Assembly: GCF_001194135.2 (NCBI RefSeq) | Contig: NC_068993.1 | Location: forward strand, 25,601,059 to 25,665,058 | Direction of reading: 5' to 3' | DNA: 64,000 bases | Source of the DNA: Octopus bimaculoides | Taxonomy: Eukaryota | In this document: piece by piece, positions 25,631-38,144 of the stretch | How positions within the stretch are numbered: the first letter of the stretch is position 1 | How the letters are laid out: every line of letters begins with the position of its first letter | The notes under the pieces: model-generated | The model's input: the letters and a program-made list of their open reading frames with translations, nothing else | What the model was told of the DNA's origin: nothing | Databases searched by the model: none | Translations under genes and position numbers: made by a program

Positions 25631-27471
25631 CTAAACATGAAAAATTACATGAAAATAATTATTTCTAGCATAGGTACAAAATAATTTAATACTGGTTTCA
25701 AATTCTGGCACAAGGCCAGCAACTTTAAGAATGGGGCTAAGTTGATTTCATTGACCCCAGTACTCAACTGGTATTTTATTGACCTTAAAAGGATAACAAT
25801 CAAAGCTGACTTCAGTGGAATTTAAACTCAAAATGTAAAAACGGACAAGATGTCACTAATCATTTTGCCCAGCATGCTTATGATTCTGCCAGCTCACAGC
25901 CTTACAAAATAATTCAATATTAACAACAACAGTAATCAATGCCATCAGACATATGTAAAACACTTTACACAGTATTGCAACACAAGAAGGCTGTGATCAT
26001 ATCCTTCATTGACCCTTCAACACTGTTAATTTTTTCCCAAAAATGATTAAAAGTTGAAGGTTGCCAGAAAAACATGACTTGGCAGAGAATACCAGATAGC
26101 TGACATTTTAAGGAAAAAGAACTTGGAAAGGAGTTAAGGAGCTGACTCAAGGTGGGATGAACTCAATATTGGTGAGGAGAATAGGAGATAGAGCTGAGTC
26201 AGGAATGCCTGAGTGGTAGAGTGAGAAGAAACCTCTACATGTATTTGACTGGCACAATATAGCAGCTAGATTATATATGTCATACCACATACCAGCAACA
26301 ATTCTCACAAAATTTTATACTGAGAATAGCAGTTAATGCAGAGGAGGGGAGGGGATGCAGCAGGGTTGATGTGAGGTGGAGAGATAAGTGGTTTGGGAAT
26401 GCCTGAGTGGTGGAAGTACAAAATCAGCTGGCTCCAAGAAAAAGAGATTATTATAGAAAGAAAAAAGGCAGAGTAGACAACATGTCTGCCAATTAATCAA
26501 GTGGCCTTTCTCAGCAACACTGTTCTTGATACGGGAGTATTACTCTATTGTAAGACTTGTGAGAGCCTTGTAGAATGGTGACATAACTTCATCATCATCA
26601 TCATCATTGTTTAACATCCATTTAACATGCTGGAATGGGTTGAACAGTTTGACAGGAGATGGCCAACCAGGAGCTCTCCAGGCTCCAATCTGTTTCGGCA
26701 TGGTCTCTATGGTGGATGCTCTCCCTAATGCCAACCACTTTACAGAATGTGAGAATTTGCAGTAATACTGCTCCTACCGCAAACAAAAAAAAGAAATTCT
26801 AATTTTTTATTAAGCAGTTAAATATCATGAAGCTTTTAAATTTATTCACTACCAATGAATAACACCATGATAGGATTGAAATGATGAGGGAAATTTAGTT
26901 TGGTTAATTGACCTGCTACAGATAGCAGGCAAATTTACTTTAAATTCTACCATTTTATCATCACAATAGAAGAATATAGAGGATAAATTAGTCTTAAATA
27001 TAAGATAGCAAAACCAGGTAGGGTGGTCATGGTTGGAATAAGACAAAAATGATCAAAGAGCAAAATACCTATGGGACACACCTAATCATTCAGCTGACTG
27101 CATCAATATGGCATAAATGTGTTTCACTAGAAAACCCCAAAACAATGGAATAACAGTGGTGACTTTCACCAAAGGCTGTTATTTATAGAAGGTCAAGCAA
27201 TCCTACAGACTCCCCTTCATTGTCTTTGTCCTTTTATGCTGTAATCTATTGACATTAGATAAATTCTTGAAAGCTCTACAATTGTCATCCATCTTCTTTA
27301 TGAAAAGCTCTTAGACGCAATTTTATTGATGGCATCATTGCAAAATATTTTTTATTGTCAAATTTACATACAAAGTAGTCATCTTTTATTTGTTTCCAAG
27401 ACTGATTATTCCTTATATATCACATGGTTCTGTGATCCTGTGAGATTTTTACAAGAAAAAAAAAAGAAAAA

Positions 27472-27565
27472 GAAGAAGAAGAAGAAGAAGAAGAAGAAGA
27501 AGAAGAAGAAGAAGAAGAAGAAGAAGAAGAAGAAGAAGAAGAACAAGAAGAACAACAACAACAAC
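27472..27565. repeat. (GAA)n(CAA)n microsatellite
   Basis: About 24 uninterrupted GAA units ending ~20 nt from the exon B donor. Confidence 0.95.
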
Positions 27566-27586
27566 GAATAGTAAAGTGCTTATTAC

Positions 27587-27709
27587 CAGTGCAGTTCTTC
27601 TTATTTTCTGTTAGTTGGTATCCTTTGGGACAGGAACAGTGAACAGAGCCAGGAGTATTGTGACATTTGTGTTCACAGGCAAAATAATTGTTCTCACATT
27701 CATCAATGT
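27587..27709 (-). CDS. Exon B: calcium-binding EGF domain 1
   Basis: ttttctccacag|AC...CTG|gtaata; 123 nt, phase 1-1; DIDECENNYFACEHKCHNTPGSVHCSCPKGYQLTENKKNCT. Confidence 0.95.
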
Positions 27710-28100
27710 CTGTGGAGAAAATGACAAATGATAAATGGTAAACACTTCAATATTTCCAACAAAGTTACTAACAGACCCATTCCTGAAGAATTTCTGAAAG
27801 ATATTATTCTGAGGGGCAAGTATTGGACAATTTAGTACAGAATGTGGCAAGTGTGATATTTAAGTAATCTGAAGAAAGAAAGGGATAATTGCATCATGTG
27901 TGTATGTGTGTAGGTGAGGCCAGTTCATAGTTTGCTAGTTTAGCATTTAAACTGGCCATATTCTAAATGTTTTATGTTCAAATTGACCAGATCCAACCTC
28001 TCACACCTGCCCTACAAAGTTATTCGAAAAATAAACAATCACATCAATGAAATCTCAAAGCAGGATTAATTCAAAACAATGTGAATAAATAAGCATTATG

Positions 28101-28298
28101 AAGGAGTGCTGAAAATTTCTTGGCTTTAAAGGTATGGTGAAAGGCTTGGTTGGAGACCCAACCTTCTGAGTTCTTTTACAGGGCTTGGAGAAGCTGACGG
28201 ACTGCTGCAATAATTGTTTGAATCTGAGAGGAGGATATGCTGAATAAAATCATAATTAACTGATTGTCCTGTATTTTCTTTTACCCAAAGCCAGGAAC
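28101..28298. mobile_element. Mariner-derived MITE (~200 bp)
   Basis: TIRs tatgaaggagtgctgaaaatttcttggct / agccaggaacttttcagtatcacctcgta; second copy at 41968-42185. Confidence 0.75.
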
Positions 28299-30399
28299 TT
28301 TTCAGTATCACCTCGTACATTTTACAGAGTAATCTGAATGCTGAAGGGTTAATGGAACTGGAGCCATTATTGTTGTGACATCGGAATGGATAAAGATGTT
28401 GCATACTTGTGAATCAATGGTTGTAGTGTGTTGCTGAGTAAGCACTTGTCTGTTACGAGATAACCTCCAGACAGATTTGTTATGTATTGTACAGCTATAC
28501 CATTCTAACAGGACTCAACAACTGAATTTTGTTTATTCTTTTCTACTGACTACAATACACACCACTACAGTAGGAGCATACACCCAAGCCACAGTCTCAA
28601 TTACTCACTTTATAACATTACAGTCTATCTAATATAGTCACAACCTATAGACTGCATCATACGGCAGGCATAAAGAGAGGTTTTACATTGTTATATTTCC
28701 ATTGCTTACAAAAGATTCGGTTCTTCAAGATTGTCAATGTTTTCCAAGAATAGTAACTAGTTGATGGCTGTCAGAAAAACATTTGCAGGTATAAAATTCC
28801 ATATGGTTGACATTCTAGGGAGGAAAAATTGGGTAAAAGAGATAATGAGGTGTTTCAAGGTGAGATGAGAGCAGGAGAAACAGGTAAGTCAGGAATACCT
28901 GAGTAGTGGTATGAGACCAATCAGCTCTGGCGAAAGGTCACAATGTCACTGTAGTTGTCTGACCTTCTCAGTATAGTAGCTAATTTATTTCTGCATCACA
29001 ATCTTTGAACAACAACAGCATTTGTTACAGGTTTCTGTTGGGTCATTTACAGGTTCACTGCATTTCTGATGGGGAAAATGACAAGGGCCTGTCACTAGTT
29101 TTTCCATTTTTCATCACTATACATTAACAAAATGTATACACACCCATACAACCACACACATACAGATATGTGTTTATATGATGCATGTGCATATAATGTC
29201 ATCATCTTCATCATAATGTAATATCCATCTTCCATGCTAGTATGTGTTGGGTGGTTTGACAGGAAGACTGCATTAAGCTCTAATGTCTGTGTTGTCATAA
29301 TTGCAACAGCTGGCTGCCCTTCCTAATGCCAACTATTTAACACAATTAAATGACACTAATAATAGTGAGGTTGCCAAGTAACTTGCAAGACAAAGAAAAA
29401 GTCACTTGAAATGAGTGGGGTTGTAGCAGAGAGGGGGGAGGGGTTATGCCAGATGTTGAGAAACTAAAGTATGATAGAGGAACAGGTATAGGTGTCTTGC
29501 TGTAGAAGACATACATGGTTACTTCACATTATTCAAGGGTGAGTGGGAGTAACTGGAAAGATAAAAATGGAAGTGACAAGGTATCAGAGCAAACTGATGG
29601 TACTGGAAGAGAATAGGGAAGGATGGGAGGGTAGGTTTATAAGGGTGTGAGAAGAGAGTGATATGCATTTAGTGGTGGAAGTAGATATGAATGTGGTGAA
29701 TGATGAACAAGGGTGGAGGGGTGATTGATGGGAAATATCAGTATGGGGGAAGAAGGTGAAAGAAATAGGAGTGGATATGGAAGGAGAAGGTGATAAGTGA
29801 CTGTAGAGAATGAATGAGGAGTAGCTGCATAATAAACTTGTAGATAGATAAAAGAAATATAGAGAGACAATGTATAAAGTAGAAGTGTGTGTGAGCAAGT
29901 GTGAGGGAGAGAGAAAGAGGGAGAGAGCTACAGTAACAGAGGTGGAGATCAGAGGTACATAGGGGTGGTTACAGTGAGTAAAAGGATGGCAACCTCAGAA
30001 AATATGTGAGGTTATTGAGATTGATAGTAGATATGAAAGGGTGCTAAAGAAACTGATTGATAACATACATACATACATACATATATATGTATGTATACAT
30101 ATATACATTTGTTCTTTCATTTGTGTGTTTTAATAGCTAGTACATTTTGCAAAGTTTAAGGAAGACACAGGCAGATAAACAGATGTTGAACCTATACATC
30201 CATACACAAGCACACATAAATATATACATATATCTAAATATAGGCTGTTTGGGCTAAATTTCACATATTTTATGTCTCTGTTCTTCAGGAAAAACTTGAA
30301 GTTTGGTGAACAGTCAATGGCATTGGATAGCATAAAGATTGAAGTGGTTGAGAAAAATTTAGCTGATATGGAGGACTAGAAGTCATCTTAAAATTGGAA

Positions 30400-30930
30400 A
30401 AGAGCTACCTGTATCATGATGATTCATTACAGGTATCAAAACGCCAGCATCATGACTACTGCTCAAGGCTATAAGCTTGATATAGACAGCCACAGCAGAG
30501 ACTACAAGGTTGTGGCCTGTAGGAAGGGACACAGCTGACGTTTTGACTACATCCAGACAGTGGGATCCATCTCCAAATCTTTAAACAGGGACTTAGACTC
30601 AATTCAGACAGCTATGTGAAGCTCCTGGATCCTGTGGTCAATCCCTGACCAGAGAAGGTTGCAGCTGGAGGGCCATATATTGGGTACAGGATTTGATTCC
30701 ATGTCTTGTAACTCCAGAAAGTGCCACAAGTGGTTGTTGGAGAATTTCTACATTTTCAGCAACCCCAATTTCTGGCCTCCTAATTCCCCCAATTGTAATC
30801 CCATGTGTAGGACATGGTTGAGAAAGACACCAACTACTACACCAAAGCTGAGTTGGTGGCCAAGATCAAGGAGGGTTTTGAAGACCTCTGTAGTGACACA
30901 GTGAGCAATGCATGCTCCAGGTTTCAGATG
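30400..30930 (+). mobile_element. maT/DD37D-type transposase fragment
   Basis: QIFKQGLRLNSDSYVKLLDPVVNP...AGGPYI, KWLLENFYIFSNPNFWPPNSPNCNP; homologous to 23438-24273. Confidence 0.7.
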
Positions 30931-30984
30931 GGATTTTGTTTCCTTTTCTTTTTATGCAAACTGTCAAATTTAGCCTAAGCACCT

Positions 30985-31020
<36 letters not shown>

Positions 31021-31681
31021 ACAAGCTTCTGCACAGTTCCTGTGTTATTACTCGATCTGAGATTATGGTTAGGAGCACTTTGCATGAGGTGCAATGCAGT
31101 CGGATTGAACCCAAAAACATATGATTGTGATGCAAAAACCCTAGCTCCATCTCCATTCCTGTGTCCATAGAACTTACTCACAATAAAATGCTGTCTTTAA
31201 AACTATGATTTGCACATTTTTAAGTCCTGAATTCTAGAAGAAGATGTCCCAAATTAGAGAAAAGTTGATGACCACAGTTACAATGGTGACTGATTATTAA
31301 AACTCAAACCCGAACTGAGATCCTGTGGACATCTTGTATCAGGACATTGGGAGTTTTGAATTTAAGTGTTTGTCCTTTCATGTTTTGTCAGTTATCACCA
31401 TGATATAGATTTTCTTTTCAATTAGCAGAAATTCAGTATAATGACAGGAACTGATGAGCAACCTTAATTACTCACCACACCACCGCAATTCACATCAATA
31501 TAAACCCAGCCTATAGCTTCATTCATTAGTGAATGTCTACCTGTAGTTGTCAACAAAGATTTTAAGCACAACAACATCAACTAAGAAAAGGAATGTAAAA
31601 CATTCCTACTCTTTTATCAACAGCATAGACAACTAAGGGTGATGGGTAAAAAGGGGTTTTAGTGCAATTGCTGTGATGAAG

Positions 31682-31718
31682 TTGGTGGTGGTGGTAGTAG
31701 TAGTAGTAGAAGTAGTAT

Positions 31719-31788
<70 letters not shown>

Positions 31789-31810
31789 TGCAGCAGCAGC
31801 AGCAGCAGTG
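31682..31810. repeat. (TGG)n(TAG)n(CAG)n compound microsatellite
   Basis: Direct reading. Confidence 0.9.
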
Positions 31811-32074
31811 GAGATGGTGGTCAAACTTATGTTTTCTAGTAGTTACAGCAACAACTGAAATAGTAGTAGTAGTAGTGGTAGTTGTTGTTAAACTGTCATG
31901 TTTTCTTATAAAAATGATAAATTAAATGGGAAGTTGTCATTGAGTAATAATTGTCTGATTAATTATAGCAATTAACTTATTAAAGGAATTGAAAATTATG
32001 GATTTGCAGTTTTTTTTCGTTTTTTTTATTTTATGAAAGGTGGGGTTGAAATTTGTTTTTAAATACCTAACACA

Positions 32075-32075
32075 A

Positions 32076-32106
<31 letters not shown>

Positions 32107-32235
32107 GAATTGTTATCAATGTCATTCACATCATAATCAGGGTTTTCATCAACATTACAATTACCATCACTCTCATTGTCATCATTGTCACTACTGGTGC
32201 AAATATTCCGTCATCATAATCATCATCTTTGTCAC

Positions 32236-32306
<71 letters not shown>

Positions 32307-32805
32307 CTACTCTTGAAATTTCTGCTATTTCAGAAGCTGATGCTGATGATGATGAAAATCATCTTCATTATTAACACTTCCATCATCATCCTTTTCATTG
32401 TTGTTGTTATTGCTGATATTGTGATCATTCGATTTATCATCTTCATGATTATTACTTTCATCCTTCTTATCATCCCAGCTACCAACAATAACAACATCAC
32501 CACTACCACCACCACCACCTTTTTTATCGTTATCACTGATGTTGTTGTCATCTTCATTATGATCACTGTCATCATCATTGGCATTGTTGTTGTTGTCATT
32601 GTTATCACCATCATCATCATTGTTGGCAGCATTAACATTAGCATCGTCATCATTCTCTTCTTCATCACTATCATCAACCTCATCCCCATCTTCTTCATCA
32701 CCATCATCACCACCTTCATTGTTTTCATCATCACTAACATTATCACCATCATCATCATCACCATCATTATTATCACCATCTATATCATCATCATCATCAT
32801 GCTAC
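32075..32805. repeat. Long degenerate (CAT)n-rich simple-repeat tract
   Basis: Pure CAT run 32236-32305 and cryptic CAT/TAT/CAC triplets throughout; similar tracts at 42780-42975 and 52650-53170. Confidence 0.9.
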
Positions 32806-33882
32806 TATGGTTGATACTGGTGAAATACATAAACATTTTTCATCTCTTTCCAAAAAACTTTATCATATTTTTATCTTTCTTACTCACTGCATCTTTAATT
32901 TTAATGAAAATTTATATATATTTTTTGGTTTCCTATTGAAAGAAAAACGTTTTCTTGTATTTTTAATGAAATAAATTACTTTTGATGTTGAGCAAAATCT
33001 GAACAAAAATTAGAACCATTGTCACCACTGCTACTGCCACCACTACGACTACTACTTCTGCCACACCACCACCACCACCACCACCACCACTACTACTATC
33101 AATACCACATTTACTACCACCACCCCTACTATTACTCCATTACTACTCCTATTACCACCACACCCTCAACACTTTAACCAACCCCACAGCTTCCACCCCC
33201 CTTCTCCTCCCTGCACTGCCACCCTACCCTCATCATCACCACTATGACCAGTACCACTACTCTGATACCACTTCTTAAAACAGCCATATCTGGAGGTCTG
33301 ATCAAAATACTTTATTTCAAATGTGATTTGGCTTGAATTCCCCTCCCTCTTCTTGCTCCCCAACCCCATCAGTTTTCCTTCACAAATTATATTTCAAATA
33401 TCTAATCAAATTATCTTTGTAACCCTCTCCAACCAACTTCCTCCCCACCCCTACCTCATGTACCCTTCTACTATTTAAGTATACCGTCCCTTCATTGGGT
33501 CATGTGACATATTGCCTTAGAGATTTGAAGGAGACTTTTTGTAAATGTTTGCTAGAGGCACAAATAGTGCTGCTTTCACCTCAAGATGCATTCAGCAATA
33601 GCATATCCAGACTGTCGGTCTGGGTCACAGGAACCAGCAAAACCCAACAGTTGCACCCTCACATGTGCACTCTACCCAAGCTTCTGCCCAGAAAAGTTTA
33701 CTCCCTAAAACAATCCACATCTGTTGTGTTTGATGTCCCAACGAAGAAAGAGGTTGTTCAAAGACCCAGCTTCTTGATGTGACATCACATCCCCCTGCTT
33801 CCAGTCCCATCATCACTCTTCCCTCATCGCCTCCCTGATCAGGTATGAACAGATTGGATGGCAAGTATGCCCAACACACTCT

Positions 33883-34093
33883 TTTCTACTCTAGACACAA
33901 GGTCTGAAATTTTGTGGGAGGGGCCCAGTCGATTAGATTGACCCCAGTATGCAACTGGTGCTTAGTTTATCGACCCCGAAAGGATGAAAGGCAAAGTCGA
34001 CCTCGGCGGAGTTTGAACTCAAAACATAAAGACAGACAAAATACCGCTAAGCATTTTGACTGGCATGCTAACGTTTCTGCCAGTTCGTCACCT
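33883..34093 (-). mobile_element. Full-length tRNA-derived SINE with 17-bp target-site duplication
   Basis: TATGCCCAACACACTCT at 33866-33882 and 34094-34110; body carries B-box-like gagttcaaact and retains CpGs, suggesting a relatively young copy. Confidence 0.85.
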
Positions 34094-34124
34094 TATGCCC
34101 AACACACTCTGATACAGCACTATA

Positions 34125-35026
34125 CGAGGTGGTATCAAAAAGTTCTGGGACTCGTTCTGTAGCACACCAACAGATGGCAGCACATGGTTGTGTGCACAGT
34201 GAGAGCTAGCAGTGACCTTCATGAGACAGTGTGCCAAGTGACATTGCAGTGTTTACTTTGCAAGTTGTGAAATTTGTGTTTTTGTGATGCATATGCTGTA
34301 GTTTGTAATTTCTGTCATAGACTGAAAGTTGCAACAAAGAGTCATCTTGAAATTTTGCGTTAAACTTGGGAAGTCTGCTACAGAGACATTATGCATGTTT
34401 TGGCAAGCTTACAGTGACAAGGCAATGGGTTGTATACAATGTTTCAGGTAGCACAAGCACTTCAAAAGTGGAAGAATATCCCTGGAAAACAATGAGCGAT
34501 GTGGAAGACCTGCTATGAACATCACCCCCGGAAATGTGGAGAAAATTCATCATCTTATGCATAAAGATCATCATCAATGATATTTTGAAGCACTTGAGGG
34601 AGGACATTTGGCAAAAGCAACTGAATCTGTGGGGCACAAGGAATTCGATTCATCATGACAACAATGCACCTTGTCATTGAGCACTCCTCACTTGTGAGTT
34701 TCTTGCCAAAAACAATATGGTAACACCTCTGCACCTTCCGTATTCACCAGATTTAGCACCTGTAGACTTTCATCCCTTCCCCAAGATAAAAATGCAACTC
34801 AAAAGTCACTTCTTTTTTATACCGTTGTCAAAATACAGAGTGAATCACAGAATGTCCTCGACTCACTCACAGAAAACGACTTCCAAGCCAAAAGTGGCAG
34901 GAATGCTGGGACCGGTGGTATTGCTTTGTAAGGTGACTATTTTGAAGGAAATGATGTTAAAACTTAGATAAATATGTTATTTTTTATTAAGCACAACTAG
35001 TCTTGGAACATTTTGATACCACGTTG
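34125..35026 (+). mobile_element. Internally deleted DD34D mariner element with both TIRs
   Basis: TIRs (ta)CGAGGTGGTATCAAAAAGTTC / GAACATTTTGATACCACGTTG; QRVILKFCVKLGKSATET (HTH); HHDNNAPCH...PYSPDLAPVDF with D..D spacing of about 34. Confidence 0.9.
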
Positions 35027-35452
35027 CAAGCAACACTATAAACAGCTATGGCTATTTTGGTCAGTTGTTGTTGCTGTTTAGAGCTAATTCAGCCTTTAAT
35101 GAACTGAGTTGGAATCAAAGGTTTGTGAATACCCTATCTTTTCTTTGGACATTATCTGTGGCATTTTCTGTGACATTTGGACATTTTCGTTTCTGTCAAC
35201 AACCTATTTATTTCTATCTTAGTCAGATTCTATCTAGTTCTACATATCCTAATGTGTCCATACTTTATGAAGGTCTTTTGTAATTTTGCTAAGACTTAGC
35301 AGGTTGTGTGACCACTTGGAGGCTTCCTTCCTGGCACAGTAGTGGTCAGTCATCAAAAATAATATCATACTCACAGATTTATCTAAAAGAAAAACAAGAA
35401 AGAAGTAAAAGGAAAAGAGCTTAAATCAAAACAAATTCTAAAATGTACTTAC

Positions 35453-35608
35453 CTTCACATGGAATGTTGTCAGGTGGACTGCCTCGGTAACCTTCATTAC
35501 AGAAGCAATCATTAATTGAGGTTTTCAATGGACCATCAGTGTGAGAGGAGTTGGGACAGTGAACACAGATAACATCAGTCTTTGAACGGTATGTGTTCTG
35601 CAGGCAAC
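35453..35608 (-). CDS. Exon A of multi-EGF extracellular protein: ephrin-receptor-like (GCC2/GCC3) Cys-rich + EGF-like module
   Basis: ttcttcag|GT...GAAG|gtaagt; 156 nt, phase 1-1; translates (G)CLQNTYRSKTDVICVHCPNSSHTDGPLKTSINDCFCNEGYRGSPPDNIPCE, matching the CP.GTY...C..CP..S.T...S..DC.C..GY pattern seen in SVEP1/SCUBE-type proteins. Confidence 0.9.
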
Positions 35609-35767
35609 CTGAAGAATTATTGTAAAAAGGAATCAGTAAATATCAACCATCTCATGTCTAATATTTTCTGAGATATAAATGTTAGTAGAGAAGGAACAGA
35701 AAGAAAAAAGAGGGAGAAAGACAGACAATGTGAACAACGACACCTTTATTAGAATGGGCTTTGACTT

Positions 35768-35818
<51 letters not shown>

Positions 35819-36279
35819 TTAAACATTTTATATTGTCTATTTGGATGTTTTGCGTTCTTGTCCCATTTTGTATTTTTATATATATNNNNNNNNNNNNNNN
35901 NNNNNNNNNNNNNNNNNNNNNNNNNNNNNNNNNNNNNNNNNNNNNNNNNNNNNNNNNNNNNNNNNNNNNNNNNNNNNNNNNNNNNNNNNNNNNNNNNNNN
36001 NNNNNNNNNNNNNNNNNNNNNNNNNNNNNNNNNNNNNNNNNNNNNNNNNNNNNNNNNNNNNNNNNNNNNNNNNNNNNNNNNNNNNNNNNNNNNNNNNNNN
36101 NNNNNNNNNNNNNNNNNNNNNNNNNNNNNNNNNNNNNNNNNNNNNNNNNNNNNNNNNNNNNNNNNNNNNNNNNNNNNNNNNNNNNNNNNNNNNNNNNNNN
36201 NNNNNNNNNNNNNNNNNNNNNNNNNNNNNNNNNNNNNNNNNNNNNNNNNNNNNNNNNNNNNNNNNNNNNNNNNNNNNNN

Positions 36280-36311
<32 letters not shown>

Positions 36312-36398
36312 CTTTTCCTTTCTACTATAGGCAAAAGGCCTTATATACATATATACATATATATATGTATATATATATATCCTTTTCCTTTCTACTAT

Positions 36399-36525
36399 AG
36401 ATAAATATGTTATTTTTTATTAAACATAACTAGTCTGGGAGCATTTTGATGATACAACCTTGCAAGCAACACTATAAGCAGCTATGGCTATTGTGGTCAG
36501 TTGTTGTTGCTGTTTAGTGCTTATA
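36399..36525 (+). repeat. Diverged direct duplicate of 34967-35090 (mariner right TIR plus its flank)
   Basis: agataaatatgttattttt(t)attaa...gcaagcaacactataa(g)cagctatggctatt(t/g)tggtcagttgttgttgctgtttag in both places. Confidence 0.85.
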
Positions 36526-36719
36526 GTGTGGTAAGAGACCCTGTGAGATCTCTGGCTGCAGGATGCTGTCCATTCTCCAAGAATCTACCAGAACAAACAA
36601 GACTGAAGATTCTGAGAAGTAAAATAATATATATATATATATATATACATACATGCACACATATATATAGACAGACAGCTAGATAGATAGATAGATAAAT
36701 AGATAGGTAGGTAGGTAGT

Positions 36720-36790
<71 letters not shown>

Positions 36791-37005
36791 CTTATAATGT
36801 GTGGTAAGAGACCCTGTGAGACATCTGGCTGTAGGCTGCTGTCCACTCTCCAAGAATCTACCAGAACAAACAAGTCTGAACATTCTGAGAAGTAAAACAA
36901 CAACAATATATATATAATATATAATATATATATTGTAGATTCTTGGAGAGTGGACAGCAGCCTGCAGCCAGAGGTCTCACAGGGTCTTTTACCACACATT
37001 ATAAG

Positions 37006-37084
<79 letters not shown>

Positions 37085-37143
37085 ACTACCTACCTATCTA
37101 TTTATCTATCTATCTAGCTGTCTGTCTGTCTATATATATATAT
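36519..37143. repeat. Complex direct duplication plus inverted duplication (palindrome centred ~36900)
   Basis: Unit gcttata..gtgtggtaagagaccctgtgag...agtaaaa at 36519-36628 and 36790-36900; 36661-36861 is the near-perfect reverse complement of 36935-37143, including the (GATA)n tract. Confidence 0.9.
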
Positions 37144-38090
37144 ATACAGACAGACAGACAGACAGGTAGATAGATAGATAGATAGATAGATAGAAAGATA
37201 GACAGATTGATTGATAGAAAGATAGATAGATAGATAAAATATATATAAGAAAAGAGATGACAAATGAATGAATGATTATCTTATGGACTTCGTTAACTTA
37301 CTGCTGTGTCCACAATAAGATGGGATGGAATCATAGTTGAATGCCTGAGGAATAACTTATAGTTTCATCAGAGGTTCAAACACAAAGTTCCTGTAAGTTA
37401 ATGAAGTTCATAAGGCAATTGTTTATTCCTTTGTGATTTCTTTTTCACTCTGTACTCGAATAACTCTTCATTAATGGCATGTGTATGTTGAGTTCTACAC
37501 CAGGTTATAAGTATGGCAATGCCAAAGTGATATATATATATATATATATAGGACAGCAAAAGAAAGAAAGAGACCTTGATATTATGTAAATAGAGGAATT
37601 TATCTGTAAAAATATGTGACACTTATTCAGTAGCCATGATAAAACTCCGAGTTTCGGATGCCGGGGTGGGAGCCCACACCAACATCTTTTCAGTTATCCA
37701 GCCATTAAAAATTCCTGTGAAAAATTACCATTAAACAAAGAAATTACAGTGTGGTGACCATCATTAAGACAAAAGAGCTAATAGACTGCTAAGTAAGGGG
37801 AGGCTTTCTGTTTTGCTCCAAAGTATTTTGATTTTTCTTCCTTTTGTTTTTCTCTTTTCATTATTTCTGGAGGCTTTTGTTTTCTTCCTTTTGCAACCAT
37901 CTCATCCTCTCATCTCTTTGGCTGTCTACATTGGAGGGGTCTGCCTACAGTATCTCCTCATTAGCAGGCCACTCAGTTGTGGCTTTGGCTTTGCTCTTTT
38001 GAGTGTCTACTGGGCCCAGGAGACTTTACTTTTCCATTTCACTTTCTCCATCCTTACTGCAAGGATGACAAGAAGGATGTGATACATACA

Positions 38091-38121
<31 letters not shown>

Positions 38122-38144
38122 GTATGTATGTATTCTTTGTAAAC

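Noticed and set aside
32229-32939. Longest ORF in the track (236 aa) and its overlapping ORFs
   Set aside because: Translation of a cryptic (CAT)n tract (poly-Ile/Ser/Met); low stop density is a property of the repeat, with no domain content.
35682-36404. Long ORFs of 150-220 aa spanning N runs (also 11999-12490, 54394-54662, 58928-59439)
   Set aside because: Artefacts of assembly gaps flanked by (TA)n/(TG)n.
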